Source: an uncultured archaeon
GTDB taxonomy: Archaea > Altiarchaeota > Altiarchaeia > IMC4 > SCGC-AAA252-I15
Direction: 5' to 3'
DNA: 64,000 nt
Assembly (NCBI GenBank): GCA_902384455.1
Contig: CABMCB010000071.1
Location: 32,001 to 96,000, forward strand
Shown: piece by piece, positions 27,308 to 37,928 of the stretch
Numbering within the stretch: position 1 is the first letter of the stretch
Layout: every line of letters begins with the position of its first letter
The notes under the pieces: generated by a model
Database searches by the model: none
What the model was told of the DNA's origin: nothing
The model's input: the letters and a program-made list of their open reading frames with translations, nothing else
Position numbers and translations under genes: made by a program

Positions 27308-28231
27308 CTATACGTTGAGTGAGAGTACAATCAGATTCCAGCCCGTATATAAGCTTGTTTGGAAGGGCGATATGCTACAGGGGCTGGAGCATCCCAGAGA
27401 GCGGCCTTCGTCCGTCCAGTTGTAGACCGTGTCGCAGGTGTTGTTGTTTCCTGTGTTGTTGGCGTCGCTTGATATGTCAAGCCATGTGGATGCTGCCTGA
27501 TTGTTTGCGCAGAATGTGTTGCCTGTGAGGTTGTTTCCGCTGGCCGTTGTCCCCAAGAAAGTCATCCCGTTATATGCGCTGTAGTTTACGGTATTGCCGA
27601 AAATGACGTTCCCGCTGGTAAAGGTAAAGGCCGTGGAATTGACGAATATTCCGTAGCTGCTGTAGAGGACGGTGTTGTGGGCGAGGGTGTTGTTTTGCCC
27701 GTCCCGCATGTAGATTCCATAGGAAGTGTGGTTGAGGAGGGTGTTGTTCTCGAGGCGGCAGTTCTGGGATCCCGTCAGCCATATGCCGGTTGTGAACCGT
27801 TCTATGACGCAGTTTTGCACTATAACGCCGGTTCTCGTCGGCAAATATATCCCATAGCCTGAGCCGCTTCCCCTGAGCGTGTTTCCGCCGCAGTCGAACG
27901 TCCTTTCCGAGAAAAAGCGTTGGTCGATGCAGTTTCCGCTGTAGTTTGAGACGGGTACACTGCCGGAATACCAGACTAATGTCGCGCAGTGTGTGCTGTC
28001 GCCCAGCGCGCCTGAGCAGTCCAGGCATGCGTTGGTGGCGCTTCCGCCCAAGGAGGTGTCGCCGTTTCCGCAGGCGCACGTGTCGTTTCCGGCCTGAGAA
28101 TAGGCGGCGGCATATCCTGCGTGCAGGAGGGTGAACGCGAGAATCAGGGACAGAAGAGCTAAAGCGAGAAGCCCCGTTGTTCGCTGCGGTGCCACATGAA
28201 ACCTTACGCGTATCCAGTTAAAACTTGGCAA
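27308..28231 (-). CDS. Secreted NosD/CASH beta-helix protein, paralog of 12338-13210, with GWNLI tail
   Basis: Shared C.CGNG.T.LGG.AT.AC.DCS.ALGD N-domain; ends FQTSLYTGWNLIVLSLNV; exact start uncertain. Confidence 0.82.
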   Translation of the reverse strand: MPSFNWIRVRFHVAPQRTTGLLALALLSLILAFTLLHAGYAAAYSQAGNDTCACGNGDTSLGGSATNACLDCSGALGDSTHCATLVWYSGSVPVSNYSGNCIDQRFFSERTFDCGGNTLRGSGSGYGIYLPTRTGVIVQNCVIERFTTGIWLTGSQNCRLENNTLLNHTSYGIYMRDGQNNTLAHNTVLYSSYGIFVNSTAFTFTSGNVIFGNTVNYSAYNGMTFLGTTASGNNLTGNTFCANNQAASTWLDISSDANNTGNNNTCDTVYNWTDEGRSLGCSSPCSISPFQTSLYTGWNLIVLSLNV

Positions 28232-28272
28232 GAAATTTAAAAAGGGAAAAATAGGCCGGACATGTATCGCCT

Positions 28273-29655
<1,383 letters not shown>

Positions 29656-29656
29656 T

Positions 29657-29754
29657 TAGTTTAAATTTGAAACTAATTTGTTCTATTTTTAGAAAATATT
29701 TTTAAAGTTTAAAGTATTTAGTTTAAAATTGAAACCAGTTTTGGTTTGAAACTA
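29657..29754. promoter_or_regulatory. Three 19-bp imperfect palindromes (YAGTTT-N6-GAAACYA), putative Lrp operators
   Basis: 29657-29675, 29719-29737 and 29736-29754, between divergent gdhA and Lrp genes. Confidence 0.7.
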
Positions 29755-29759
29755 TTGCG

Positions 29760-30362
29760 ATGACAGTCAAACTTACCGATAACGAGAAGAAAGTCCTTGA
29801 GTTCCTGCTCACGGACGGGCGGACATCCGCGACAGAAATAGGAAAGCACCTTGGAATCACTCCCCAAGCTGCAGGAAAAATCAAAGACAAACTAGAGGAG
29901 AAAGGAATCATCAAAGGATACACTGCAATAGTCGACTACTCAAAAGTCGGAATCTCAGTATTCGCAATAGGCTTCTTCAAATTCAAGTCCGGCGCATGGA
30001 CGCGGCTGGAAGACGAAGACATAACCAACCGCATGAGCGGCCCGCATCTTATACGCGTATTCCGCTTCCAAGAAGGAGAATTCACCCACATGGTAGTCTA
30101 CGGATTCCGCTCAATAATGGAACTCGACCACTACTTCCACATACTCCAAACCGAAAGAGGACACATCTCAGAACTCAAAAAACTTTACGTGCTTTCAGAA
30201 TCGAGCATACTCAAAGATTCCCCAAACGAACTCCTGGTGAAAGCAATACAAGAACTAGGCAAAGAAACACTAGCACGGCCGGAGCAGCCGCCTTCTAGCA
30301 GGTATTCTGTAAAGGGTACAACTTTAAAGGATGTTCGGGGTCCAAAGTTATCATTGCGATGA
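29760..30362 (+). CDS. Lrp/AsnC-family transcriptional regulator
   Basis: LTDNEKKVLEFLLTDGRTSATEIG...LEEKGIIKGYTAIVDYSKVG. Confidence 0.9.
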   Translation: MTVKLTDNEKKVLEFLLTDGRTSATEIGKHLGITPQAAGKIKDKLEEKGIIKGYTAIVDYSKVGISVFAIGFFKFKSGAWTRLEDEDITNRMSGPHLIRVFRFQEGEFTHMVVYGFRSIMELDHYFHILQTERGHISELKKLYVLSESSILKDSPNELLVKAIQELGKETLARPEQPPSSRYSVKGTTLKDVRGPKLSLR

Positions 30363-30378
30363 TATGGACTGTGTTTTT

Positions 30379-31437
30379 ATGACGCGGCGGCTGGTTGTTG
30401 GCGTGGTTCTTGTCTGTTTGGTTCTTTGGGGAGTTGTTGTTTCTGAATCTATGTCCCGTGACTTGAGCGTCGATGTTGTTCAAGGTTTTCACGTGTCCAA
30501 TATTTCAAGGGTGGTTTTGGTCTCTTGGGATGGCGTGAGGGTTGCACGGCTTAATGATATGCTAGCGTCGGGTGAATTGGGGAATTTGTCTGCTATTATA
30601 GCTGAAGGGCGGATTACCAACGTCACAATCGCGGATCATTCGGTTACTACGACTGCCCCCGGTCATGCGGCGATGTTGTCTGGCTACGGAAGTAGTGCGT
30701 CTGGAGTGGTGAATAACACATGCGGGATTTCGCTACCTTTAGGGTACTCTGTTTTTGAGCGGCTTAATGCGTCTGTTCTTGGGCTGGCGACTGGTTCTGT
30801 CTGGGGTAAAAGTACTTGCTATGTGCCTGATAGCCTGTTGTCTAATGCTAGGCAGTCCATCTGGTGGTGGGGGAACTTTTCTTTGATTGGCGGTAAGTAC
30901 TCTTCGTCGCGTGCCCGCGCCGGGGGTGTGGCCAACGAGTCGCTTAAGTTTCTTTCGCAATATGGGAACGGGAGTTTCTTTTTGTTCGTTCATTTTACAG
31001 ACCCTGATTATGCGGGTCACATTTTCAGCGAGGGTAGTGCAGAGTATCGGGCCGCCCTTGTGGAGGCGGACGGTGGATTAGGGATTATTACCGAAGAATT
31101 GCGAACGTTAGGTGTGTATAATGAGACGGTGATTATTATCACGACTGATCATGGGTTTGAGGAAAATGGCGCAGGTCATACGTCGGGCGGAGTCAGTAAC
31201 CCCGACTTGTCTGTATTGTTTGTGGCAAGCAACAAAGGGTGGGCTGTCGCGCGGGAAGGCGACCGTAAGGAAACAGATGTTGCGGCGACAGTTTACGATT
31301 TATTCAACGTTAATTCTTCGGCTTTCGTTCCTGCTCTGGATGGAACCTCCCTCGCGGTTCTGCCGGGTAATTTTGCCGTAGGTCTTTCGCCAGGATGGAA
31401 CTTGCTGTCTATCCCGTTTAGCCTTAATTTTGCCTGA
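30379..31437 (+). CDS. Secreted alkaline phosphatase/phosphodiesterase-superfamily protein with GWNLLSIP tail
   Basis: VSWDG, TTAPGHAAMLSG, DPDYAGH, TTDHG, DVAATV; ends FAVGLSPGWNLLSIPFSLNFA. Confidence 0.85.
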   Translation: MTRRLVVGVVLVCLVLWGVVVSESMSRDLSVDVVQGFHVSNISRVVLVSWDGVRVARLNDMLASGELGNLSAIIAEGRITNVTIADHSVTTTAPGHAAMLSGYGSSASGVVNNTCGISLPLGYSVFERLNASVLGLATGSVWGKSTCYVPDSLLSNARQSIWWWGNFSLIGGKYSSSRARAGGVANESLKFLSQYGNGSFFLFVHFTDPDYAGHIFSEGSAEYRAALVEADGGLGIITEELRTLGVYNETVIIITTDHGFEENGAGHTSGGVSNPDLSVLFVASNKGWAVAREGDRKETDVAATVYDLFNVNSSAFVPALDGTSLAVLPGNFAVGLSPGWNLLSIPFSLNFA

Positions 31438-32809
31438 TAGTGTGTCTTCCTTGTTTTATGGCGTTGGCGCACGCTTCCTCCAGCGCCTCCGCAAGAGTTG
31501 GGTGAGCGTGTATCGTTCCAGCAACGTCGGCGAGTGTGGCGTTGAGTTTTATCGCTAGTGCCGCTTCGGCAATGAGGTCTGTCGCCTGAGCGCCAATCAT
31601 GTGGACGGCAATTATCCTCTTTGTTTTGGCGTCAGCAATTACCTTAACGAAACCTTCGCGTTCGGCCATGGCGTGGGCTTTGCCGAGTATGGCGTATTCC
31701 GAGCGTCCGACGGTTATATCCCCTTTTTTGTGCGCCTCGTCTTCAGTAGGTCCTACTGTGCCTATTTCGGGTAGGGTGAATATTGCTGATGGTAGTGGTG
31801 ATGTTGTATGTTGGGTTTTTTTGAGTATGTGTGCTGCGGCTGTGTCCGCTTGGTGGTATGCTGCGTGTGCGTATTGCGGTCCGCCTGTGACGTCTCCGAC
31901 TGCGTATATCCCTTTTATGTTTGTCTGCTGGTTTTCGTCGGTTGGAATGCCTTTTTTTGGGTCGTATTTGACGCCGATTTTTTTGAGCGGCTCTTCGTTG
32001 ATTGTGGGGCGTCGTCCTACTGCGACCAGCACTGCGTCTGCTTGTAGAGTTTCTTTTCCGGCGGGCGTTTCGATTGTTATCGTCCGGGATTTTGTGTTTA
32101 TTGATTCTGCTTTGGTTGATGTGAGGATTCTTATTCCGTCTCTGGTCATCTGTCTGGTTGCTTCCTTTGAGATGTCTGGGTCGAGGGTGGGCAGTATTGT
32201 TGGGAGTGATTCTATGATTGTTGTGTTTGTTCCGAGTGAGTTTAGTATGCTTGCGAATTCGCAGCCGATGACTCCTCCGCCTATTATGGCGAGTTTTTGC
32301 GGTTGGGTTTCGTTTGCAAGTAAGCTTCGGCTGTCGTGTATGAATGTGCCGTCTGGTGCGAATCCGGGAGGAAATATGGAGTGGGCTCCCCACGCGATTA
32401 TGATGTTTTTTGCTGTTATTTCGGCGGGCTTTTCTCCTTCAACTCGGACTTGTGTCGGAGATACTGGAACGCCTTTTCCGCGTATTATGTCGACGCCGTA
32501 TGTTCTGAGCAGGTTTTCAGTGCCCGTTGCAAGTGTGGCGACGACCTGATTCTTCCTTTTGATGAGCGCCCTGTAGTCGACCGTTGCTTCAGCGGTTATT
32601 CCGAAGCGACGGGATTTCTTGTCCAAGTCTTTCTTGATGTGCGCCGCTGCCTGAAGGGTCTTGGTCGGTATGCATCCGTGGTTGGTGCATTCGCCACCTA
32701 CACCTTCCGCTTCGACTACTGCAGCGCTTCCTCCGTTTTGAGCTACTCGGAGTGCGGTCATGTATCCGCCCGGTCCGCCTCCAAGCGATATGGCGTCGTA
32801 TGTCTTCAT
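31424..32809 (-). CDS. lpdA: Dihydrolipoamide dehydrogenase (L protein)
   Basis: GGGPGG, GGECTNHGCIPTK, IGGGVIGCE, HAHPTLAE. Confidence 0.95.
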   Translation of the reverse strand: MKTYDAISLGGGPGGYMTALRVAQNGGSAAVVEAEGVGGECTNHGCIPTKTLQAAAHIKKDLDKKSRRFGITAEATVDYRALIKRKNQVVATLATGTENLLRTYGVDIIRGKGVPVSPTQVRVEGEKPAEITAKNIIIAWGAHSIFPPGFAPDGTFIHDSRSLLANETQPQKLAIIGGGVIGCEFASILNSLGTNTTIIESLPTILPTLDPDISKEATRQMTRDGIRILTSTKAESINTKSRTITIETPAGKETLQADAVLVAVGRRPTINEEPLKKIGVKYDPKKGIPTDENQQTNIKGIYAVGDVTGGPQYAHAAYHQADTAAAHILKKTQHTTSPLPSAIFTLPEIGTVGPTEDEAHKKGDITVGRSEYAILGKAHAMAEREGFVKVIADAKTKRIIAVHMIGAQATDLIAEAALAIKLNATLADVAGTIHAHPTLAEALEEACANAIKQGRHTIRQN

Positions 32810-33567
32810 CTTTTGTTGTTCCATGCGTCTGAACTGTATTTTGCTTGCAGTTCTGCAGTCTCTTCTTTTTCCTGCTGCGTTAGTGATCCTTCCGTTAATG
32901 TGATGTGTAGTGCTTCTTCGAATCCTTTTTTGAGGGCTTTTTGCGTTTCGTCGAATTTGACGTCGCGCTTGAGGATTTCGCTTGCGCTTGTGACTCTTTG
33001 TTTGACGTCTTGTATCACCCTTCCTTTTTGCTTTTCGTTGGGCACTAGCAGTACTTTGAACATCTCGTCTACGTCAACATTCAGGAGTACTGTGCCGTGT
33101 TGAAGCAGCACGTTTTTTCTGCGGGTCTGGGCGTTTCCGCTGATCTTCTTCCCGTTTGTGATGATGTCGTTTAATGGCGCAAACTCCGAATTAATGCCCA
33201 AGTGCGTAAGTCCTTTCGTAAGCCCCTGGCATATCAGACGGTAGCTTTCCAGAATGTTTTTTGGTGTTATGGGGTGCGCTTCAGGTACGTGTACGCTGTA
33301 CGTCACCTCCTCCTTGTGGTAGACTGCTCCTCCGCCAGTCATCCTTCTTACGACGTCAACACCCAGTTGCCTGCACAGGCGGACATCCACTTCTGCCGCT
33401 AGGCTCTGGAAGTACCCTACCGTGACGCAAGGCGGATTCCAGCCGTAAAGGCGAAGTGTAGGCGGGCTTTTTCCCTCGCTCACCGAGTTCAGCACCGCCT
33501 CGTCAAGGGCCATGTTGTATGGGCCCCACTGGAAGCCTGTAAGAAGCAGCCTCCACTTCTCTTTCAT
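32806..33567 (-). CDS. lplA: Lipoate-protein ligase A, catalytic subunit
   Basis: NMALDE, RRMTGGGAVYH, KKISGNAQ, LQHGT. Confidence 0.93.
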   Translation of the reverse strand: MKEKWRLLLTGFQWGPYNMALDEAVLNSVSEGKSPPTLRLYGWNPPCVTVGYFQSLAAEVDVRLCRQLGVDVVRRMTGGGAVYHKEEVTYSVHVPEAHPITPKNILESYRLICQGLTKGLTHLGINSEFAPLNDIITNGKKISGNAQTRRKNVLLQHGTVLLNVDVDEMFKVLLVPNEKQKGRVIQDVKQRVTSASEILKRDVKFDETQKALKKGFEEALHITLTEGSLTQQEKEETAELQAKYSSDAWNNKR

Positions 33568-33839
33568 TCGGCGGCCTCCGCTGCTGAGGCGATTAGTTCT
33601 TCGGGGGTTATGCCGTAGAATTCGACCGGGTGTTTTTTAAGCAGTTCGCGTATTTTTGTGGCGACGTCTTTGGTGGGGCATCCTATGAGTTCGGCTTCTA
33701 GTTGTTCGACGGCTTCTTCCGGGTGGGCGAAGTAGTCGCCGGTGAATTTTATTGAGATTATTTTTCCTCCGTCTGTGCGGGCTATAGTCCTAAGTAGTTT
33801 GCCTCCGGGAGATTTGCGAAGTACTGCGTTTTCTTTCAT
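33564..33839 (-). CDS. Lipoate-protein ligase small/C-terminal subunit (LplB-like)
   Basis: KSPGGKLLR, IKFTGDYFAHPEE..LE..L.G. Confidence 0.85.
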   Translation of the reverse strand: MKENAVLRKSPGGKLLRTIARTDGGKIISIKFTGDYFAHPEEAVEQLEAELIGCPTKDVATKIRELLKKHPVEFYGITPEELIASAAEAAE

Positions 33840-33881
33840 GGGGTGCCGGTTCTTTACCCCATTTTGTCGTCTCCGCTTAAA

Positions 33882-34751
33882 TCAGAGTTTTCTCGCCGAC
33901 AGGTAAGATTCGCGGGCACGGTAGCTTGTGCGGGCCAGCGGGTGAGCTACTACAATGGGGAATCCCATGTCGCACGCTTTTTTTCTGAGGGCTTCGAATT
34001 TTTCCGGGTGGACGTACTCCTTAACCGGAAGGTTGCTGGGTGTGGGCTGCATGTACTGCGTCAAAACTAGTATGTCGCATCCGGCAGCCCGTAAGTCGCG
34101 TAGGGCCGCTGTTATTTCCTCGTCTGTTTCTCCTACGCCGAGCATTAGGCTGCTTTTGGTGAGGGTGTTTGGGGAATTTTTTTTGGCGTTCTCTAGTGTT
34201 TCTAGGCTTTTGGTGTAGCAGAAGCGGGGGTCGCGCACCAGAGGCGTCAGACGCTGGATGACTTCTATGTTGTGGGCGAGGACGTCTACTTTGGCGTCAA
34301 GCATTTTTTTGATGCCGTTCTCGTCGAAGTCGGGAATCAATGCTTCTACGGGGACGTTCGGGAGTTTCTTTTTCACTGCTGCGACGCATGCGGCAAAGTG
34401 TTCTGCTCCGCCGTCCGGCAGGTCGTCGCGGGTGACGCTTGTGAGAACTACATATGAGAGGCCGAGTTTTTTTGCGGCTTCAGCTATTCTTTCCGGTTCT
34501 TTTGTGTCGAGGGGGTTTCCTTTTAGTGATGTTTTGACTGCGCAGAATCTGCAGCCTCGAGTGCACACGTCTCCCAACACCATAAAGGTAGCGGTCCCTG
34601 CATTCCAGCATTCGCCTCTGTTGGGGCATTTGGCTTCCAGGCAGACTGTGGTAAGTTGAAGGTGGTTTAGGATGTTGGAGACGGCCGCGTATTTTTCTCC
34701 TCCGGGTAGTGGGGCTTTAAGCCAGGCGGGTTTTCTTTCTGGGGGATTCAT
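33882..34751 (-). CDS. lipA: Lipoyl synthase
   Basis: CLEAKCPNRGEC, CTRGCRFC, RTSY. Confidence 0.97.
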   Translation of the reverse strand: MNPPERKPAWLKAPLPGGEKYAAVSNILNHLQLTTVCLEAKCPNRGECWNAGTATFMVLGDVCTRGCRFCAVKTSLKGNPLDTKEPERIAEAAKKLGLSYVVLTSVTRDDLPDGGAEHFAACVAAVKKKLPNVPVEALIPDFDENGIKKMLDAKVDVLAHNIEVIQRLTPLVRDPRFCYTKSLETLENAKKNSPNTLTKSSLMLGVGETDEEITAALRDLRAAGCDILVLTQYMQPTPSNLPVKEYVHPEKFEALRKKACDMGFPIVVAHPLARTSYRARESYLSARKL

Positions 34752-34756
34752 TTGGT

Positions 34757-36205
34757 TTATCCGCCGTTTTTCTTTGGGGTCCAGCGTAGTACGGGGTTTC
34801 TTGCGGCTTGTGTTTCGTTTAGTCGTCTTACTGGCGTGTTGTGTGGGGCTGTTTTGATTTTTTCGGGGTTTGTTTTGGCTTCCTGCCTGATTTTTAGGAG
34901 GAGTTCTGCGTATGCGTCGAGGGTGTCTTTGTTTTCTGTTTCAGTTGGCTCTATCATCAAAGCTTCTGGGACTATGAGGGGGAAGTATATTGTGGGCGCA
35001 TGTACGCCGTAGTCGAGGAGGCTTTTGGCCACGTCCAGCGTGTGCACTCCGGTTTCGTCTGCGAGTGGTTTGCCTGTAAGTACGACTTCGTGCATGCATG
35101 TGCGGTCTATTGCGGGGGGGTAATCCTTTAGTTTGACGCGCATGTAGTTGGCGGACAACACCGCCTGCTCAGACATCCTCTTTAGTCCCCGTCCGCCGAG
35201 GCTTCTCATGTAGGCGTAGGCGCGAACCATCACGCCGAAGTTTCCGAAGTAGCTTCTGACGCGGCCTATGCTTTTTTCGCGGTTGTAGTCAAGCCGTATT
35301 CTGCCTCCTTTTTTCACAAGTATTGGCGCGGGCAGGTACGGTTCAAGGTCTTTGGTGACGCCTACCGGTCCTGAGCCGGGTCCTCCTGAGCCGTGGGGTG
35401 TTGCGAATGTTTTGTGTAAGTTTATGTGCAGGACGTCGAAACCCAAGTCGGCTGGGCGCGTTATCCCCACTATGGCGTTAAGGTTGGCTCCGTCTCCGTA
35501 GACGTATCCGCCCGCGTCGTGGATAATTTTAGTGACCTGAAGTATGTTCTCCTCAAACAGCCCCAGCGTAGAAGGGTTGGTGAGCATCAAAGCGGCCGTG
35601 CGGTCGTCGGCTTCCGCGGCAAGAAGGTCCAATGAAATGTTTCCTCTGCCGTCGCTTGGAATCTCGACTATCTCAAACCCTAAGGCTGCGGCTGAAGCCG
35701 GGTTTGTTCCGTGGGCACTGTCTGGGATTAGTATTCTGTTTCGGCGCGTCTCATTTTTGTCTTTGAGTGCGGCTTTGATTATGAGCAGTCCCGTGAGTTC
35801 TCCGTGCGCTCCTGCGGCCGGTTGCAGTGTGAATGCGGGGAATCCTGTTATTTCGGAGAGCATTGTTGAGAGCGTGTACATTAGGCGCATGGCTCCTTGG
35901 GTTTCATCTTCCTCCTGTAGGGGGTGCAGGCGGAGGAATCCTTCTTGGTTTGCCGCGTCTTCGTTTATTTTGGGGTTGTACTTCATTGTGCAGCTTCCAA
36001 GAGGGTAGAATCCTTTGTCTACGTTATAGTTTCGGGAAGCAAGCTCTGTGAAATGGCGCACCACGTCAACTTCGCCAAGTTCGGGAAGATGAAGCGACTT
36101 CCTTAAAGCCTCCTTAGGCAGGGCAATCGGTTCACCTGCCGTGCCGCGCGGAGGTATGACTCCTCGTCTGCCGTTCCTGCTTTTTTCAAATATGAGATTT
36201 GTCAT
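34757..36205 (-). CDS. gcvPB: Glycine dehydrogenase subunit 2
   Basis: YPLGSCTMKYNP, PAAGAHGE, HGTNPASA, NLHKTF.TPHG.GGPG. Confidence 0.97.
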   Translation of the reverse strand: MTNLIFEKSRNGRRGVIPPRGTAGEPIALPKEALRKSLHLPELGEVDVVRHFTELASRNYNVDKGFYPLGSCTMKYNPKINEDAANQEGFLRLHPLQEEDETQGAMRLMYTLSTMLSEITGFPAFTLQPAAGAHGELTGLLIIKAALKDKNETRRNRILIPDSAHGTNPASAAALGFEIVEIPSDGRGNISLDLLAAEADDRTAALMLTNPSTLGLFEENILQVTKIIHDAGGYVYGDGANLNAIVGITRPADLGFDVLHINLHKTFATPHGSGGPGSGPVGVTKDLEPYLPAPILVKKGGRIRLDYNREKSIGRVRSYFGNFGVMVRAYAYMRSLGGRGLKRMSEQAVLSANYMRVKLKDYPPAIDRTCMHEVVLTGKPLADETGVHTLDVAKSLLDYGVHAPTIYFPLIVPEALMIEPTETENKDTLDAYAELLLKIRQEAKTNPEKIKTAPHNTPVRRLNETQAARNPVLRWTPKKNGG

Positions 36206-37527
36206 TTTGCCGCCTCCGTTGCCGCTTCTATGTAGGAGTCCAAGTCTCCTTTAGTGTGGAGCTCAGTCGTTGCAACAAGCAGTCCTCGCGGGTACTCCTT
36301 TTGGGCTATGGGCAGCCCCGGCTGGAATCCTGCTTCAGTCAGGCGTTCCAGTGCGCCCTTAGGCGGAGTAAGAATGAATTCATTGTAGAACGGGCGGTTG
36401 AAAGGCGCCTCCCAACCAGCCTTCTCAATGAGGTTGCGGCGTAAGTAAACAGCGTTCCTGTGGCTTGACTCCGCCACATGCCTGAAACCTTTAGTCCCCA
36501 AAAGAGCAAGGTGCGCGACAGCCTGGATGGCCATGAGGCTCTGGCTTGTGCAGATGTTGCTTAATGCTTTCTCCCTTCTTATGTGCTGTTCTCTCGCCTG
36601 CAGCGTTAGCACGTATGCTCGTTTTCCGTCCGCATCCACCGTCTCCCCCACGAGCCTTCCGGGCATCTGCCGGACAAAGCTCATCTTCGTGGTGAGGAAT
36701 CCGAAGTGCGGACCGCCGAAATTCAAAGGTAAGCCTAAAGTCTGTCCTTCCCCCGCGACTATGTCCGCTTCTGTCGGCGGCGCAAGAAGTCCCATGCTTG
36801 TGGCCTCAAGCACGCTGACGATAAGCAGCGCGCCTTTTTCGTGCGCTATTTTGGATATTTGCTGGACGTCTTCCGTGTGGCCTAGGAAGTTGGGGTGCTG
36901 GATTACTATTGCGCCTGTTTGGGGCGTGATTGCGTTTGCTATTGTTTGCGGGTTTGTGGCTCCGTCTTTTAGGGGTATTTCCGTGACCGGGTGGTTTGTG
37001 TTTGCGCCGTATGTGGAAAGGACTCCTCTGACGTGGGGGTGGACTCCCTGTGAGACGAGTATCTGCGGTCTTTGTGCGATGCGGGTGGCCATGAGGGCTG
37101 CTTCTGTTGTGGCTGTGGAGCCGTCGTACAGTGTGGCGTTGCTTACTTCCTGGCCTGTTAGTTCGCACATCAGCGTCTGGTATTCGAATAGGGCTTGGAG
37201 TGTTCCTTGGCTGACTTCCGCTTGGTAGGGTGTGTAGGCGGTTAGGAATGCGGGTTGTTGGGCTAGTTTGGGTGCGGCGGACGGGATGAAGTGGCGGTAA
37301 AGTCCTGCTCCCAGAAAGCAGCGGCCGTCTGCGGGTATTGTGCCGTCTTCCGCGAGAGTTTTTATGTGTGCTATTAGTTCGTATTCGGTTAGTGCTGGTG
37401 GGAGTTTGATGTCTTTTGTGAGTCGGGCTGATTCGGGTATGTCTTTGAATAGTTCCAGAGTTGAGTGGATGCCCACTGCCTTTAGCATCGCCGCCTTTTC
37501 TTCTATGCTTACTGGAACGTATGTCAT
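36202..37527 (-). CDS. gcvPA: Glycine dehydrogenase subunit 1
   Basis: TAYTPYQAEVSQG.LQALFEYQ, YDGSTA, REQHIRREKA.SNICT. Confidence 0.97.
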   Translation of the reverse strand: MTYVPVSIEEKAAMLKAVGIHSTLELFKDIPESARLTKDIKLPPALTEYELIAHIKTLAEDGTIPADGRCFLGAGLYRHFIPSAAPKLAQQPAFLTAYTPYQAEVSQGTLQALFEYQTLMCELTGQEVSNATLYDGSTATTEAALMATRIAQRPQILVSQGVHPHVRGVLSTYGANTNHPVTEIPLKDGATNPQTIANAITPQTGAIVIQHPNFLGHTEDVQQISKIAHEKGALLIVSVLEATSMGLLAPPTEADIVAGEGQTLGLPLNFGGPHFGFLTTKMSFVRQMPGRLVGETVDADGKRAYVLTLQAREQHIRREKALSNICTSQSLMAIQAVAHLALLGTKGFRHVAESSHRNAVYLRRNLIEKAGWEAPFNRPFYNEFILTPPKGALERLTEAGFQPGLPIAQKEYPRGLLVATTELHTKGDLDSYIEAATEAAK

Positions 37528-37534
37528 TGCTGTT

Positions 37535-37924
37535 TCAGTGTTTTCCTGAGGCGGTGTGTTTTTGGTAGTCTGCGGCGTTCATCAGCCGGTTCAGTTCGTT
37601 TTTGTCTGAGGGCTTTATCTTAAGTATCCACCCTTTTCCGTAGGGGTCTTTGTTGATTAATTCCGGGGTGTCAATTAAGTCCTCGTTTATTTCGGCGACT
37701 TCCCCTGAGGCGGGGGCGTATATGTCGCTCACTGATTTCACCGACTCAACGACAGCCGCGGCCTTTCCTTGCATTGTTTTTGCGCCTATTTTTGGCAGTT
37801 CTACGAATACGACGTCGCCTAGGGCGTTTTGCGCAAAATCAGTGATTCCGACTGTTACGAGGTCTTTTTCCTCTTTCGCCCACTCATGGTCCTTGCTGTA
37901 TTTTAGGGTTTCCGGTGTTTTCAT
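37535..37924 (-). CDS. gcvH: Glycine cleavage H protein
   Basis: HEW, GITDFAQ..LGDVVFVELP, VESVKSVSD, DPYGKGW. Confidence 0.97.
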   Translation of the reverse strand: MKTPETLKYSKDHEWAKEEKDLVTVGITDFAQNALGDVVFVELPKIGAKTMQGKAAAVVESVKSVSDIYAPASGEVAEINEDLIDTPELINKDPYGKGWILKIKPSDKNELNRLMNAADYQKHTASGKH

Positions 37925-37928
37925 TTCC

